Shown here: positions 1 to 8,259 of the stretch, one piece after another
How the letters are laid out: each line of letters opens with the position of its first letter
How positions within the stretch are numbered: the stretch's first letter is position 1
Sequence record: SRR2962707_1578
Strand: one strand, 5' to 3'
DNA: 28,750 nucleotides
The notes under the pieces: generated by a model
Told to the model about the DNA's origin: nothing
Seen by the model: the letters and a program-made list of their open reading frames with translations, nothing else
The model's database searches: none
Position numbers and translations under genes: made by a program

Positions 1-777
1 TTTCTAAAAAGTTCTCTTGAAAGCTATGGTGTGGTGACGGACAGCATGCTGATGACAAACGAGGCAAAAACAGCCTTGGCGTTTGTTAGCTTAGACAATA
101 CAGGTGAGCGTAGTTTTGAGTTTTATCGCAACCCTTCTGCGGACATGTTATTCCGTGAAGCTGACTTTAAACCTGCTTGGTTTGAAGGACACGGCGTGTT
201 CCACACCTGCTCTAATACTTTAACAGACGAGTCTATTACTCAAGCGACCTTGGCTGGTATTCGGATGGCGCGTGCCGCAAATTGGGTCGTCAGTATCGAT
301 GTAAACTTGCGTATTAACCTTTGGCCTGACCATAACGTCGATACCCAGCGGGTGATTGACTGGATGCAAAGTGGTGACGTGGTTAAAGCCAGCCTAGAAG
401 AGTTAGCAGTACTAGCGGATGACCCATTTGCCTTGATTGATGAGAGCCTAGCCGCTGGCGTGACCTTGTTTGTGTTAACTGACGGTGGTAATTCCATTCG
501 TTTTTACAGTAAAGCACAAGGCAAAGGCGAAGTTGTGACGCCAAAAGTGGACGTAAAAGATACGACGGCTGCCGGAGATGCTTTTGTTGGCGGCTTGCTG
601 TACCAATTGGCTGAGCAAGGTGGTGACAGCGATTCTTTGGCGGCACTATCACAAGCACAACTGACGGACATTATTCGTTTTGCGGCCGCCTGCGGTGCCG
701 ACTCAGTGACCAAACTTGGCGCGTATCCTTCTTTGCCTACGCTTGAGCAAGCGCAAGCGCGTCTGAGTACCTTTTAA
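1..777 (+). CDS. PfkB-family carbohydrate kinase (fructokinase-like), 5'-truncated by the window edge
   Basis: The frame is open from base 1 (FLKSSLESYGV...). It carries the PfkB signature DTTAAGDAFVGG, plus GERSFEFYRNPSAD and DVNLR, typical of fructokinases. Confidence 0.9.
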   Translation, partial: FLKSSLESYGVVTDSMLMTNEAKTALAFVSLDNTGERSFEFYRNPSADMLFREADFKPAWFEGHGVFHTCSNTLTDESITQATLAGIRMARAANWVVSIDVNLRINLWPDHNVDTQRVIDWMQSGDVVKASLEELAVLADDPFALIDESLAAGVTLFVLTDGGNSIRFYSKAQGKGEVVTPKVDVKDTTAAGDAFVGGLLYQLAEQGGDSDSLAALSQAQLTDIIRFAAACGADSVTKLGAYPSLPTLEQAQARLSTF

Positions 778-842
778 TGTAAAGGTGAGTGATTGATGCG
801 CTGCTCGTTTTAGAGGCGCTGATCAATTGCTAAGCAATGTCT

Positions 843-881
843 AAAAGCGAGGTGTGTGCTGTTCATACACCTCGCTTTTTT
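843..881. terminator. Likely bidirectional intrinsic terminator between the convergent kinase and exonuclease genes
   Basis: AAAAGCGAGGTGTGTG-CTGTT-CATACACCTCGCTTTT inverted repeat with A/T tracts on both sides. Confidence 0.85.
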
Positions 882-882
882 A

Positions 883-1614
883 TTAGAGCCAATAGGCGGA
901 GATGTTGGCCTCAGGATCAAGGTGGTAGCTAATCTGTGCTTGCAGCAACTCTGCGGAAGATAAGGCATCGGTGAGAGCATGATGAGCTTTGTAACGTGGT
1001 AGGTGATAGCGTTGGCGACAAGCGTCTAAGCGTAACGATGGCTGTCTGGCGATGATGCGCTTCCACCAAGGGGTTTTATTTTGCGCCAGATGTTCTATTT
1101 GCATGGTGTCTAGGACGGGAAAGTACAAAGGGAAACCATACACATTTAACGCCGCTTCGCGTAGAAATTCACGTTCGATAGACACGCAGTGAACCACGAC
1201 GACCTTGCCTGAGAGCACGTTAAGAATCTCATTGAGGATGCGGTGCAAAGGCGGCGCTTCGGCTAACTCCGTATGGGTGATTTCATGGATGGTCACCGAC
1301 TCGGCATTAAGGGTACGTTCTGGCTTTGCCATCCAATACCCAGCACCTTGGCAGCGAATGATTTTATGATCCATCGGCACACACCCTAAGCTGATAATTT
1401 CATCGTTGAGTGGGTCAAGTCCGGTGGTTTCTAAATCCAGCGCCAACAAAGGGGCTTCTTTTAATGGTGTGTCTAGCGCTATTGTCCCTGCTTCATAATA
1501 ACGTTTAAGAGGGCCCTCTGGCGCCTCTTTAGCCCATTGCTTGAACATCGCTTGCCAATCTTGGAGCGGTTGAGCTTTGGGTCCTTTAATGGCGGTCATC
1601 AGTCGCGTAAACAT
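883..1614 (-). CDS. DEDDh 3'-5' exonuclease (DnaQ/epsilon-like), partner of the DUF294 protein
   Basis: ExoI LALDLETTG, ExoII HCVSIEREFL (Glu at the usual Asp position) and ExoIII HHALTDA. Its ATG directly abuts the TAG of the upstream gene. Confidence 0.9.
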   Translation of the reverse strand: MFTRLMTAIKGPKAQPLQDWQAMFKQWAKEAPEGPLKRYYEAGTIALDTPLKEAPLLALDLETTGLDPLNDEIISLGCVPMDHKIIRCQGAGYWMAKPERTLNAESVTIHEITHTELAEAPPLHRILNEILNVLSGKVVVVHCVSIEREFLREAALNVYGFPLYFPVLDTMQIEHLAQNKTPWWKRIIARQPSLRLDACRQRYHLPRYKAHHALTDALSSAELLQAQISYHLDPEANISAYWL

Positions 1615-3471
1615 CTAACTACGCTTCCCAGCATAGCGAAATTTAATAAACTCCTGCTGTCTTTCGACGATGTGAAACGCGTCTCGTAGGTGTCGTTTTT
1701 CAAACGATGATAACAGGGCAGGGTTAACGTGGTTGGTCACGACGAGTTCTTTTTCGATCTGATCTTTTTGGCTGCGAATGCGCACCATGCCAATCATTTC
1801 TAAGGCCAGAGCCAAGTCCTTCGCGCGGCCATCAGGTAACAAGCCCGCGTTGTCGATATCTTCCAAACGTTCTAGTGTGTTTAGCTTGTCGCTGCCACAG
1901 GCTAAGGCATGCACTCGGACAATGTCTATGATCGGGGCAATGCCTCTTTCTTTCAGGTTAAAGGTTCGAGACTGTTTCCCTTCGCCGTCCAATACAAATT
2001 GTCGAAAGAAGCCGAGTGGCGGTTTTCGTTGGTTCGCGTTACGTGCCATAAAAGTCAGAAAGCCTGGGTTGGCTTTTGCTTCTTTTCGTATGTGTCGACT
2101 TAGATCCTTCGCTAAGTACTTGTCACCGTATATTCCTTTTAAATCAAAGAAAATAGACAAATGTAACAAGGCTTCGGCCTTAGGTTCTTTGATCCAGTCG
2201 CTGAAATATTTTTTCCACTGATTCAGCGGCTGACGCCAAAGCGTGTTAGAGGCCATAACATCGCCTGTGCACAGAGGATAACCACACATATCTAGGCTTT
2301 TGCAGACCCAGTCGCTTAGCTTTTCAAAGTATTCACCATGCGCTTTAGGGTCATAGTGATTGCTTAAAATCAGCGCGTTGTCTTGGTCGGTTTTAATGGT
2401 TTGTTCTTCGCGTGCTTGAGAGCCTAGTGCGACAAAACAGTAGGGCACAGGCGGCTTACCAAATTTCTCTTCGCCCAACTTCAGTAAGCGTTTTACAAAC
2501 GCGGTGCCAATATGGGACATGGCATTACCGATCATTTGGGTATTGGCATCAGCGAGGACCAGCTGAGTAAAGGTGTGCGTCATTTTGCGGCTGATCGCCT
2601 GCAATCCTTCGATGCTGGTTTGCTTGTAAATGTCGCTAATCAGATAAATACTGCCGTGGCTTTCCGCTTGGATAATATCGCCGGTACTGACCACCCCAAC
2701 GGGCTGACTTCCCTTCAGGATGGGAATGTGATGAATGTTTTTTTCCATCATCTTCAATACGGCTTCAGCCGCATAATCGCCACTGTCCATGGTGACAGGA
2801 TCAACCGTCATCACTTGACCCACTGGCGTATCGTAATCCAATCCCGCTGCGACGACACGGTTACGTAGGTCGCGGTCTGTTAAAATGCCAACTAAGATGT
2901 CGTTTTCCATGATGAGGAGGCTGGATACTTTGTTATCCGCCATCATTTTTGCGGCCATGCGAATATTCCCATCTATACCAATCGTGATGGGATTTCGGCG
3001 CAGTAGACTAACAATAGGGCAGGTCATCAAAGAGATGCCAGAGCTCTGGGATTCCATCGCCACTTTTAGTCTAACTTCTTGTTCAAGTTCGAAAAAATCA
3101 GAAAAACTATCGTTTTCTTCGTAGAGTTTTAAGAACCAACGAGCGGGAATACGATAAAGTAGGCTGTCTTCAATCGCGCGCATTGATTGAGAGAATTTAC
3201 CGCCACGTAGAAGAGAAGCGTAACCAAACAGCTCCCCTTCATTCATACGCCGAATCAGCTTTTGTTCTTTGCTAAGGGCTTCAACAGCGCCACTACGGAT
3301 GAAGAATAGAGTGTGATTGAGTATGCCAGGTTGGATCGCCCATTCGCCAGCTCGCAAGTACTGAACCTCTACTTCCTTGACCATATCGTTCAGTTGCGGA
3401 TCATCAGCAAGCTCACTAAAAGGCGCGTGTTGGCAAAGTGCTTCTACTATCTCGGTTAATTCGACATCCAT
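1615..3471 (-). CDS. cNMP-binding / tandem CBS / GlnD-like nucleotidyltransferase protein (DUF294 + DUF294_C, COG2905-type)
   Basis: N-terminal cNMP-like domain (LFFIRSGAVE...GELFG), CBS pair (LVGILTDRDLR, VMTVDPVT, IHHIPIL...VGVVSTGDI), NTase motif LGSQAREEQTIKTDQDNAL and C-terminal FNLKERGIAPIIDIVR. Confidence 0.9.
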   Translation of the reverse strand: MDVELTEIVEALCQHAPFSELADDPQLNDMVKEVEVQYLRAGEWAIQPGILNHTLFFIRSGAVEALSKEQKLIRRMNEGELFGYASLLRGGKFSQSMRAIEDSLLYRIPARWFLKLYEENDSFSDFFELEQEVRLKVAMESQSSGISLMTCPIVSLLRRNPITIGIDGNIRMAAKMMADNKVSSLLIMENDILVGILTDRDLRNRVVAAGLDYDTPVGQVMTVDPVTMDSGDYAAEAVLKMMEKNIHHIPILKGSQPVGVVSTGDIIQAESHGSIYLISDIYKQTSIEGLQAISRKMTHTFTQLVLADANTQMIGNAMSHIGTAFVKRLLKLGEEKFGKPPVPYCFVALGSQAREEQTIKTDQDNALILSNHYDPKAHGEYFEKLSDWVCKSLDMCGYPLCTGDVMASNTLWRQPLNQWKKYFSDWIKEPKAEALLHLSIFFDLKGIYGDKYLAKDLSRHIRKEAKANPGFLTFMARNANQRKPPLGFFRQFVLDGEGKQSRTFNLKERGIAPIIDIVRVHALACGSDKLNTLERLEDIDNAGLLPDGRAKDLALALEMIGMVRIRSQKDQIEKELVVTNHVNPALLSSFEKRHLRDAFHIVERQQEFIKFRYAGKRS

Positions 3472-3487
3472 AACGTATTCCTAGTGA

Positions 3488-4051
3488 TTAAAGCATTGGC
3501 GATATAATACTGACTAACCCCATGACTAAAAATAGCACGCAAGCGAGTCGACGGGTAAGTGTTGGGTTGATACGGTCCATTATCCAGTTGCCGGCAAAGA
3601 CCACGGGGACATTGGCGAGCATCATACCAATGGTTGAACCAAGTAAAACCAGGCCAACCGACCCATAATGTGCCCCTAATAATACGGTAGCGATTTGAGT
3701 CTTGTCGCCAATCTCGGCAAGGAAAAATAAGATAAGCGTGGCTGTGAAGGCGCCATATTTGAGCATGCTTCCTTCTTCGCTGTCGTCTTTATCTGGAATC
3801 AGCAGCCATAATCCGACGGCGATAAAACTGACACCCACCACCCAGTTAACCCAACTAGCAGGAATCCAATTCGCCGCCTCAACACCAAACCAGGCAGACA
3901 GGGCGTGATTGATTAACGTGGCAAACAGCATGCCTAAGATAATCGCCGTTTTTGATGGAAAACGGGCAGCAAGAAATAGAGCAAGAAGTTGTGTTTTGTC
4001 ACCCATTTCAGCAAGGGCAACGGTAGAGATAGAGGTTATGAGTGCTTCCAT
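3488..4051 (-). CDS. TMEM165/GDT1 (UPF0016) family Mn2+/Ca2+ transporter
   Basis: Two copies of the family motif E-x-G-D-K-T (LAEMGDKTQL, LAEIGDKTQI), hydrophobic helices, and an upstream yybP-ykoY riboswitch. Confidence 0.93.
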   Translation of the reverse strand: MEALITSISTVALAEMGDKTQLLALFLAARFPSKTAIILGMLFATLINHALSAWFGVEAANWIPASWVNWVVGVSFIAVGLWLLIPDKDDSEEGSMLKYGAFTATLILFFLAEIGDKTQIATVLLGAHYGSVGLVLLGSTIGMMLANVPVVFAGNWIMDRINPTLTRRLACVLFLVMGLVSIISPML

Positions 4052-4120
4052 TATTGGGAATTCCTAGGTGGGCAGATAAACAAAAGACAACACACTTGAG
4101 CCCACCTGAGCCAAGTCATT

Positions 4121-4245
4121 GTCTTAAGTCTCATCAATCCCATTCGATAGTGGTTCGAATTTGGACTTCTTTGCCACGAGCATGAGGCTCAATTATGTTG
4201 ACAAAGAATCTTTGCAAAACGCAAAGAAGATTACTCCCCTAAGAG
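4121..4245 (-). ncRNA. yybP-ykoY manganese riboswitch aptamer
   Basis: The minus strand reads CUUAGGGGAGUAAUC...GUCAACAUA...GUGGC...GAUGAGACUUAAG, the conserved segments of the family. It lies directly upstream of a Mn-transporter family gene. Confidence 0.9.
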
Positions 4246-4252
4246 GCCGCGA

Positions 4253-4281
4253 ATAATAAAGGACTTCTCGGCTGAAAACAA
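4253..4281 (-). promoter_or_regulatory. Putative sigma70 promoter for the yybP-ykoY leader
   Basis: TTGTTT (4281-4276)-N17-TATTAT (4258-4253), ending a few nt before the aptamer 5' end. Confidence 0.5.
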
Positions 4282-4307
4282 TACGAGCGGCCAAAGCCGC
4301 TCGTATT
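4274..4307 (-). terminator. Intrinsic terminator after the BCCT gene
   Basis: Perfect 12-bp stem AATACGAGCGGC-TTTG-GCCGCTCGTATT followed by GTTTTC on the minus strand, about 20 nt after the BCCT stop. Confidence 0.75.
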
Positions 4308-4327
4308 AACACTGTTTATCGTCTGCT

Positions 4328-5911
4328 TTATTTATAAAGATGCATGTCGCCACGCAGTCCTTTAAACAAGGCAACACACATTACCAGCATCAGTAAGGTA
4401 AACGGTAAGCCGATGGTTACCGCCGCCGCTTGAATCGCTGACAGGGCTTCTGAGCCGCCGCCAACCAACAAGGCAATGGCAATAACACCTTCTAATACCG
4501 CCCAGAAAACACGCTGAATCATAGGCGCATCTGTTTTACCACCGGCGGTAATACCGTCGATGACCAGAGAGCCTGAGTCAGATGAAGTCACAAAGAAGAC
4601 CAACACAAGCACGATACCAATGAAGGAAGCGACAGAGGTTAGCGGCAAGCCTTCTAGCATTTGGAACATCGCCAACGACACATCGGTTAAGCCACCAGCC
4701 AGAGCACCAGTGCCATGAGTGATTTGATCCAGAGCGGAACCACCAAAGATAGACATCCAGACAATGGAGACAACCGTAGGCACAAGTAATACTGCGGTTA
4801 GGAACTCACGAACCGTACGGCCACGAGAAACACGCGCGATAAACATACCTACAAATGGGGACCAGGAAATCCACCAAGCCCAGTAGAAGATAGTCCAACC
4901 GTGGTAGAAGGTTTGGTCTTCACGGCCAATCCAGTTACCAAGCGGCACTATGTTTTCGACATACGCTATTAAAGTGGTACCCATGGTGCCGAAGATGACG
5001 CCGGTATTACCCATGATCAAAACAAACGCTGCAAACACAGCCGCGATGATCATGTTGACGTTACTCAATAGCTTCACGCCGCCTTCAAGGCCACGAGCTA
5101 CAGAGAAAATAGCCACTGCGGTAACACCACAAATCACCACAATTTGTGTGGTTAGAGTGTTCGGGATATTAAATAGGAAGTTTAATCCACTGGCGGCCTG
5201 TTGAGCACCAAAACCAAGGGAGGTTGCCAAACCAAAGATGGTGGCGATAACCGCTAATGTATCGATAGCATGACCGATAACACCCCAAACTTTTTCCCCG
5301 AATAAAGGGTAGAAAGCAGAGCGAATAGTAAGAGGCAAGCCTTTGTTGTAAGCAAAGAAGGCAAGTGACAATGCAACAACCGCATAGATCGCCCAAGGGT
5401 GAAGACCCCAATGGAACATGGTTGCGCCCATTGCCATTTTCATTGCTTCTGGTGTGTTGGCGGTGACATTAAGCGGTGTACCGTACCAGCCAGTGTAATA
5501 AGCCACCGGTTCTGCCACACTCCAGAACATCAAGCCAATACCCATGCCCGCGGCAAACAGCATTGAGAACCAAGTAATGGTTGAGTGTTCTGCTTTGGCT
5601 TCACTGCCACCCAAACGAATTTTACCCATAGGGGACAGAATCAGAGCGATACAAAATAGGACAAAAATATTGCCTGAAATTATGAAGAACCAATCGAAGT
5701 TATTGATTGACCATGTTCGAGCGCCCATTAATACCTCTTTGGCATCGGCAGGGAACATGATGGTAGCAATGATAAATGCAAGGATGATGATTGCACTGGT
5801 GCTAAATACCGGGTTTAGGATATCCATTCCAAGGAAACGAATATTGTCTTGCCCCACGGTATACGAGGTATTGTATTCTTGCCGGCCGTTGCTCGGCGCC
5901 TTGTTTTTCAT
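4328..5911 (-). CDS. BCCT-family transporter (glycine-betaine-type signature)
   Basis: AAGMGIGLMFW, FHWGLHPWAIY, WTIFYWAWWISWSPFVGMFIARVSRGRTVREF and FFVTSSDS motifs. About 12 TM helices and no long C-terminal osmosensing tail. SD AGGAG upstream. Confidence 0.93.
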   Translation of the reverse strand: MKNKAPSNGRQEYNTSYTVGQDNIRFLGMDILNPVFSTSAIIILAFIIATIMFPADAKEVLMGARTWSINNFDWFFIISGNIFVLFCIALILSPMGKIRLGGSEAKAEHSTITWFSMLFAAGMGIGLMFWSVAEPVAYYTGWYGTPLNVTANTPEAMKMAMGATMFHWGLHPWAIYAVVALSLAFFAYNKGLPLTIRSAFYPLFGEKVWGVIGHAIDTLAVIATIFGLATSLGFGAQQAASGLNFLFNIPNTLTTQIVVICGVTAVAIFSVARGLEGGVKLLSNVNMIIAAVFAAFVLIMGNTGVIFGTMGTTLIAYVENIVPLGNWIGREDQTFYHGWTIFYWAWWISWSPFVGMFIARVSRGRTVREFLTAVLLVPTVVSIVWMSIFGGSALDQITHGTGALAGGLTDVSLAMFQMLEGLPLTSVASFIGIVLVLVFFVTSSDSGSLVIDGITAGGKTDAPMIQRVFWAVLEGVIAIALLVGGGSEALSAIQAAAVTIGLPFTLLMLVMCVALFKGLRGDMHLYK

Positions 5912-6236
5912 AGATCTCTCCTGAATAAGTGAACACTTTTCGAATCTTTCTAAACAAACTACGTGCAGCCAATTGGCCAGTGTTTTACCACTCCAACTTC
6001 ATCATAGAAAAAGGACTGGAGGTGAACTGTTCTTTTTACGTCATCTATTGTCCTATTCCGCCTCAGCACGCCAAGTTTGCTTGTTATTAATCTCTTTGCT
6101 CAGCGTTGGAAGGCCTGCAAGGAGTAAATAGGTCGCGTGGTGTTAGGTGGTAGTAAAGACACTATCAGGTCTTTTATAACAATTAGATGACACAGATAAA
6201 TAGTCCGATGGCGCTAATTATGTTGTTTAGACGATG

Positions 6237-6278
6237 TTGTTTTAGATAAACACGCTATGTCGTGTTTATCTAAAACAA
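6237..6278. repeat. Perfect 18-bp inverted repeat with a 6-nt spacer
   Basis: TTGTTTTAGATAAACACG-CTATGT-CGTGTTTATCTAAAACAA, read directly. Confidence 0.9.
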
Positions 6279-6312
6279 GAATAAAGTGGGACGCTGTTGG
6301 TTCCCACCCTAT
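6275..6312 (-). terminator. Terminator-like hairpin after hemW, or attenuator in the BCCT leader
   Basis: Minus strand AUAGGGUGGGA-N10-UCCCACUUUAU, with G-U pairs possible only on the minus strand, followed by UCUUGUUUU. Confidence 0.55.
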
Positions 6313-6324
6313 AAATAGGCGGCA

Positions 6325-6353
6325 AGATTTACATTTATTTGTTTAGATGTCAA
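6325..6353 (-). promoter_or_regulatory. Putative sigma70 promoter facing the BCCT gene
   Basis: Consensus TTGACA (6353-6348) with TAAATC or AAATCT at 16-17 nt spacing. A second TTGACA lies at 6364-6359. Confidence 0.5.
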
Positions 6354-6375
6354 ACCATTGTCAAAAAAGAGGACA

Positions 6376-7554
6376 TTAAGAAAGAAACAATTCAAGCAAC
6401 TCATTTAAGAATAATTTGCCCTTCTCTGTGGTTTGCACTTTGCCATTCGACCACTGCTCAGCGTCTAAAAACCCTTTCTTAATCGCGGTATTACACGCTT
6501 TTAGCAATGCGTCTGGTAGCGCTTGGTAGGTGTAACGCTGGTAATCTTGTAAATCGAAGGTTTCAAACAAGCGCAGGCGATTCATCATAAATTCCAATGG
6601 CAAATCTTCTTGCTCTATGGATTCTTTGATCACTAATGCTTCGGGCAGTGTGTTTAGGTAATGGTTTGGGTGACGAGTTTTACGAGTGCGAAAGATTTGC
6701 CCATCAGGCAGAGTCACTTTACCGTGAGCCCCCGCGCCAATGCCAAGATAATCACCAAAGCGCCAATAATTTAGGTTATGCGCGGCTCGACGATTGTGTT
6801 TGGCGTTTGCGGACACCTCGTATTGTGCGTAGCCGTGTTTTTCAAGCAGCGCCTGACCTGCGTCTTGAATTCCCCATAGCGTATTGTCTTCAGGCAAGGT
6901 TGGCGGACGTCGATAAAATTCCGTGTTGGGCTCTATGGTGAGTTGATACCAGGATAAATGCTCAGGATCGAGCTGAATGGCGAGGGCCAAATCGTCCAGT
7001 GCCATATCAAGGCTTTGCTCGGGCAGGCCGTGCATCAAATCGATATTAATATTATCGAAGCCCGCAAGACGAGATTTCTCCACCGCGTGGATGGCTTCTT
7101 CGCGGTTGTGGATTCTGCCTAGCGTTGTTAGCAGCGTTGGCTGAAAACTCTGGATGCCAATAGACAATCGGTTGATGCCTGCTTGACGAAAGTGACGAAA
7201 TTTCTCTTGTTCAAACGTGCCTGGGTTGGCTTCCATGGTGATTTCTGCGTTATCCACCCAAGTGAGCTTGTCGCGTAGCGCATCCATTAAACGGTAGTAA
7301 AAGTCTTCGCTCATCAAGCTCGGCGTACCGCCACCAATGAAGGCGGTTTGAATCGGCCGTCCTGCTACATAAGCCAAATCCGCGTCTAAATCCGCCAACA
7401 ATTGCGCTAGATAAGCGTCTTCGGGCAACTTGCCCTCTTTTTCGAAACGATCGGCTTGGTGTGAGTTAAAGTCGCAATAGGGGCATTTTTTAACACACCA
7501 AGGCAAATGGATGTAAAGGCTAAGCGGCGGCAAGTTGGCGGTGAGGTTTATCAT
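6376..7554 (-). CDS. hemW: Radical SAM heme chaperone HemW (YggW)
   Basis: [30 protein letters not shown] and HNLNYW motifs. Start placed at ATG 7554, overlapping the rdgB stop (ATGA). Confidence 0.93.
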   Translation of the reverse strand: MINLTANLPPLSLYIHLPWCVKKCPYCDFNSHQADRFEKEGKLPEDAYLAQLLADLDADLAYVAGRPIQTAFIGGGTPSLMSEDFYYRLMDALRDKLTWVDNAEITMEANPGTFEQEKFRHFRQAGINRLSIGIQSFQPTLLTTLGRIHNREEAIHAVEKSRLAGFDNINIDLMHGLPEQSLDMALDDLALAIQLDPEHLSWYQLTIEPNTEFYRRPPTLPEDNTLWGIQDAGQALLEKHGYAQYEVSANAKHNRRAAHNLNYWRFGDYLGIGAGAHGKVTLPDGQIFRTRKTRHPNHYLNTLPEALVIKESIEQEDLPLEFMMNRLRLFETFDLQDYQRYTYQALPDALLKACNTAIKKGFLDAEQWSNGKVQTTEKGKLFLNELLELFLS

Positions 7555-8159
7555 AGAGAAGCACTGCGTTGTTGGAAGGCGGCCACCAGCTGTTTTAGCG
7601 CTTGGGCGCGATGACTTATTTGATTTTTCACTTCTTTTGGTAAGCTGGCCGCACTGCAGCCGCATTCGGGTACATAAAATAGCGGGTCATAGCCAAAGCC
7701 TTCTTGGCCTTCCGTTGTTGGTAAAATACGGCCTTCCCATACCCCATGGAACACCAAAGGCGTTGGATCGTCTTTATGGCGCAAATACGCCAGTACACAA
7801 TGAAAGCGAGCGCTACGTTCATGATCTGCAACGCCCTCTAGTTTCTCGAGCAAGAGCGCATTGTTGGCGTCGTTGTCTCCATGCTCTCCGGCGAAGCGTG
7901 CAGAATAAATACCGGGTGCGCCGTTTAAGAAATCGACTTCAATACCAGAGTCATCGGCTAATGCCGGTAGACCGGTATGCGCGCATGCATTGCGAGCTTT
8001 TAAAATGGCATTTTCGATGAACGTCAGACCGGTTTCATCCGCTTCTGGTACGCCAAACTCGTTCTGTGGTTTTACATCAAAGCCTAGGTCTCCCAATAAA
8101 GCGTTGAATTCTTTGATTTTACCAACGTTATTGCTGGCTAGTACGATGGTCTGGCTCAT
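7551..8159 (-). CDS. rdgB: dITP/XTP pyrophosphatase RdgB (Ham1 family)
   Basis: [31 protein letters not shown] and KNQISHR motifs. Confidence 0.96.
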   Translation of the reverse strand: MSQTIVLASNNVGKIKEFNALLGDLGFDVKPQNEFGVPEADETGLTFIENAILKARNACAHTGLPALADDSGIEVDFLNGAPGIYSARFAGEHGDNDANNALLLEKLEGVADHERSARFHCVLAYLRHKDDPTPLVFHGVWEGRILPTTEGQEGFGYDPLFYVPECGCSAASLPKEVKNQISHRAQALKQLVAAFQQRSASL

Positions 8160-8195
8160 CGTTTTTCCTCTGCAGTAAATGCGATATTGTGATGT

Positions 8196-8220
8196 AAAAA
8201 GGCGACTAAATAGCCGCCTT
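8196..8220 (-). terminator. Intrinsic terminator-like hairpin between metW and rdgB
   Basis: Minus strand AAGGCGGCUA-UU-UAGUCGCCUU followed by a U-run. Confidence 0.6.
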
Positions 8221-8259
8221 CTGGTGCTGTTTGCTTTTTATACTCTGTTGCACAATGGC

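Noticed and set aside
883-1614. Calling the exonuclease dnaQ
   Set aside because: It has an N-terminal extension, lacks a C-terminal Pol III alpha-binding tail, has the variant ExoII motif, and is coupled to the DUF294 gene.
883-3471. NTase + nuclease pair as a CBASS or toxin-antitoxin defence system
   Set aside because: The NTase has GlnD-like cNMP/CBS architecture rather than CD-NTase or MNT-HEPN, no effector domains are seen, and the context is housekeeping.
6237-6278. Palindrome as an IS/MITE end or CRISPR repeat
   Set aside because: Single copy in the window, with no transposase, target-site duplication or spacer periodicity.
7555-7665. N-terminal extension of hemW in the ORF track
   Set aside because: It overlaps rdgB. 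The ATGA-coupled start at 7554 matches the expected family N-terminus.
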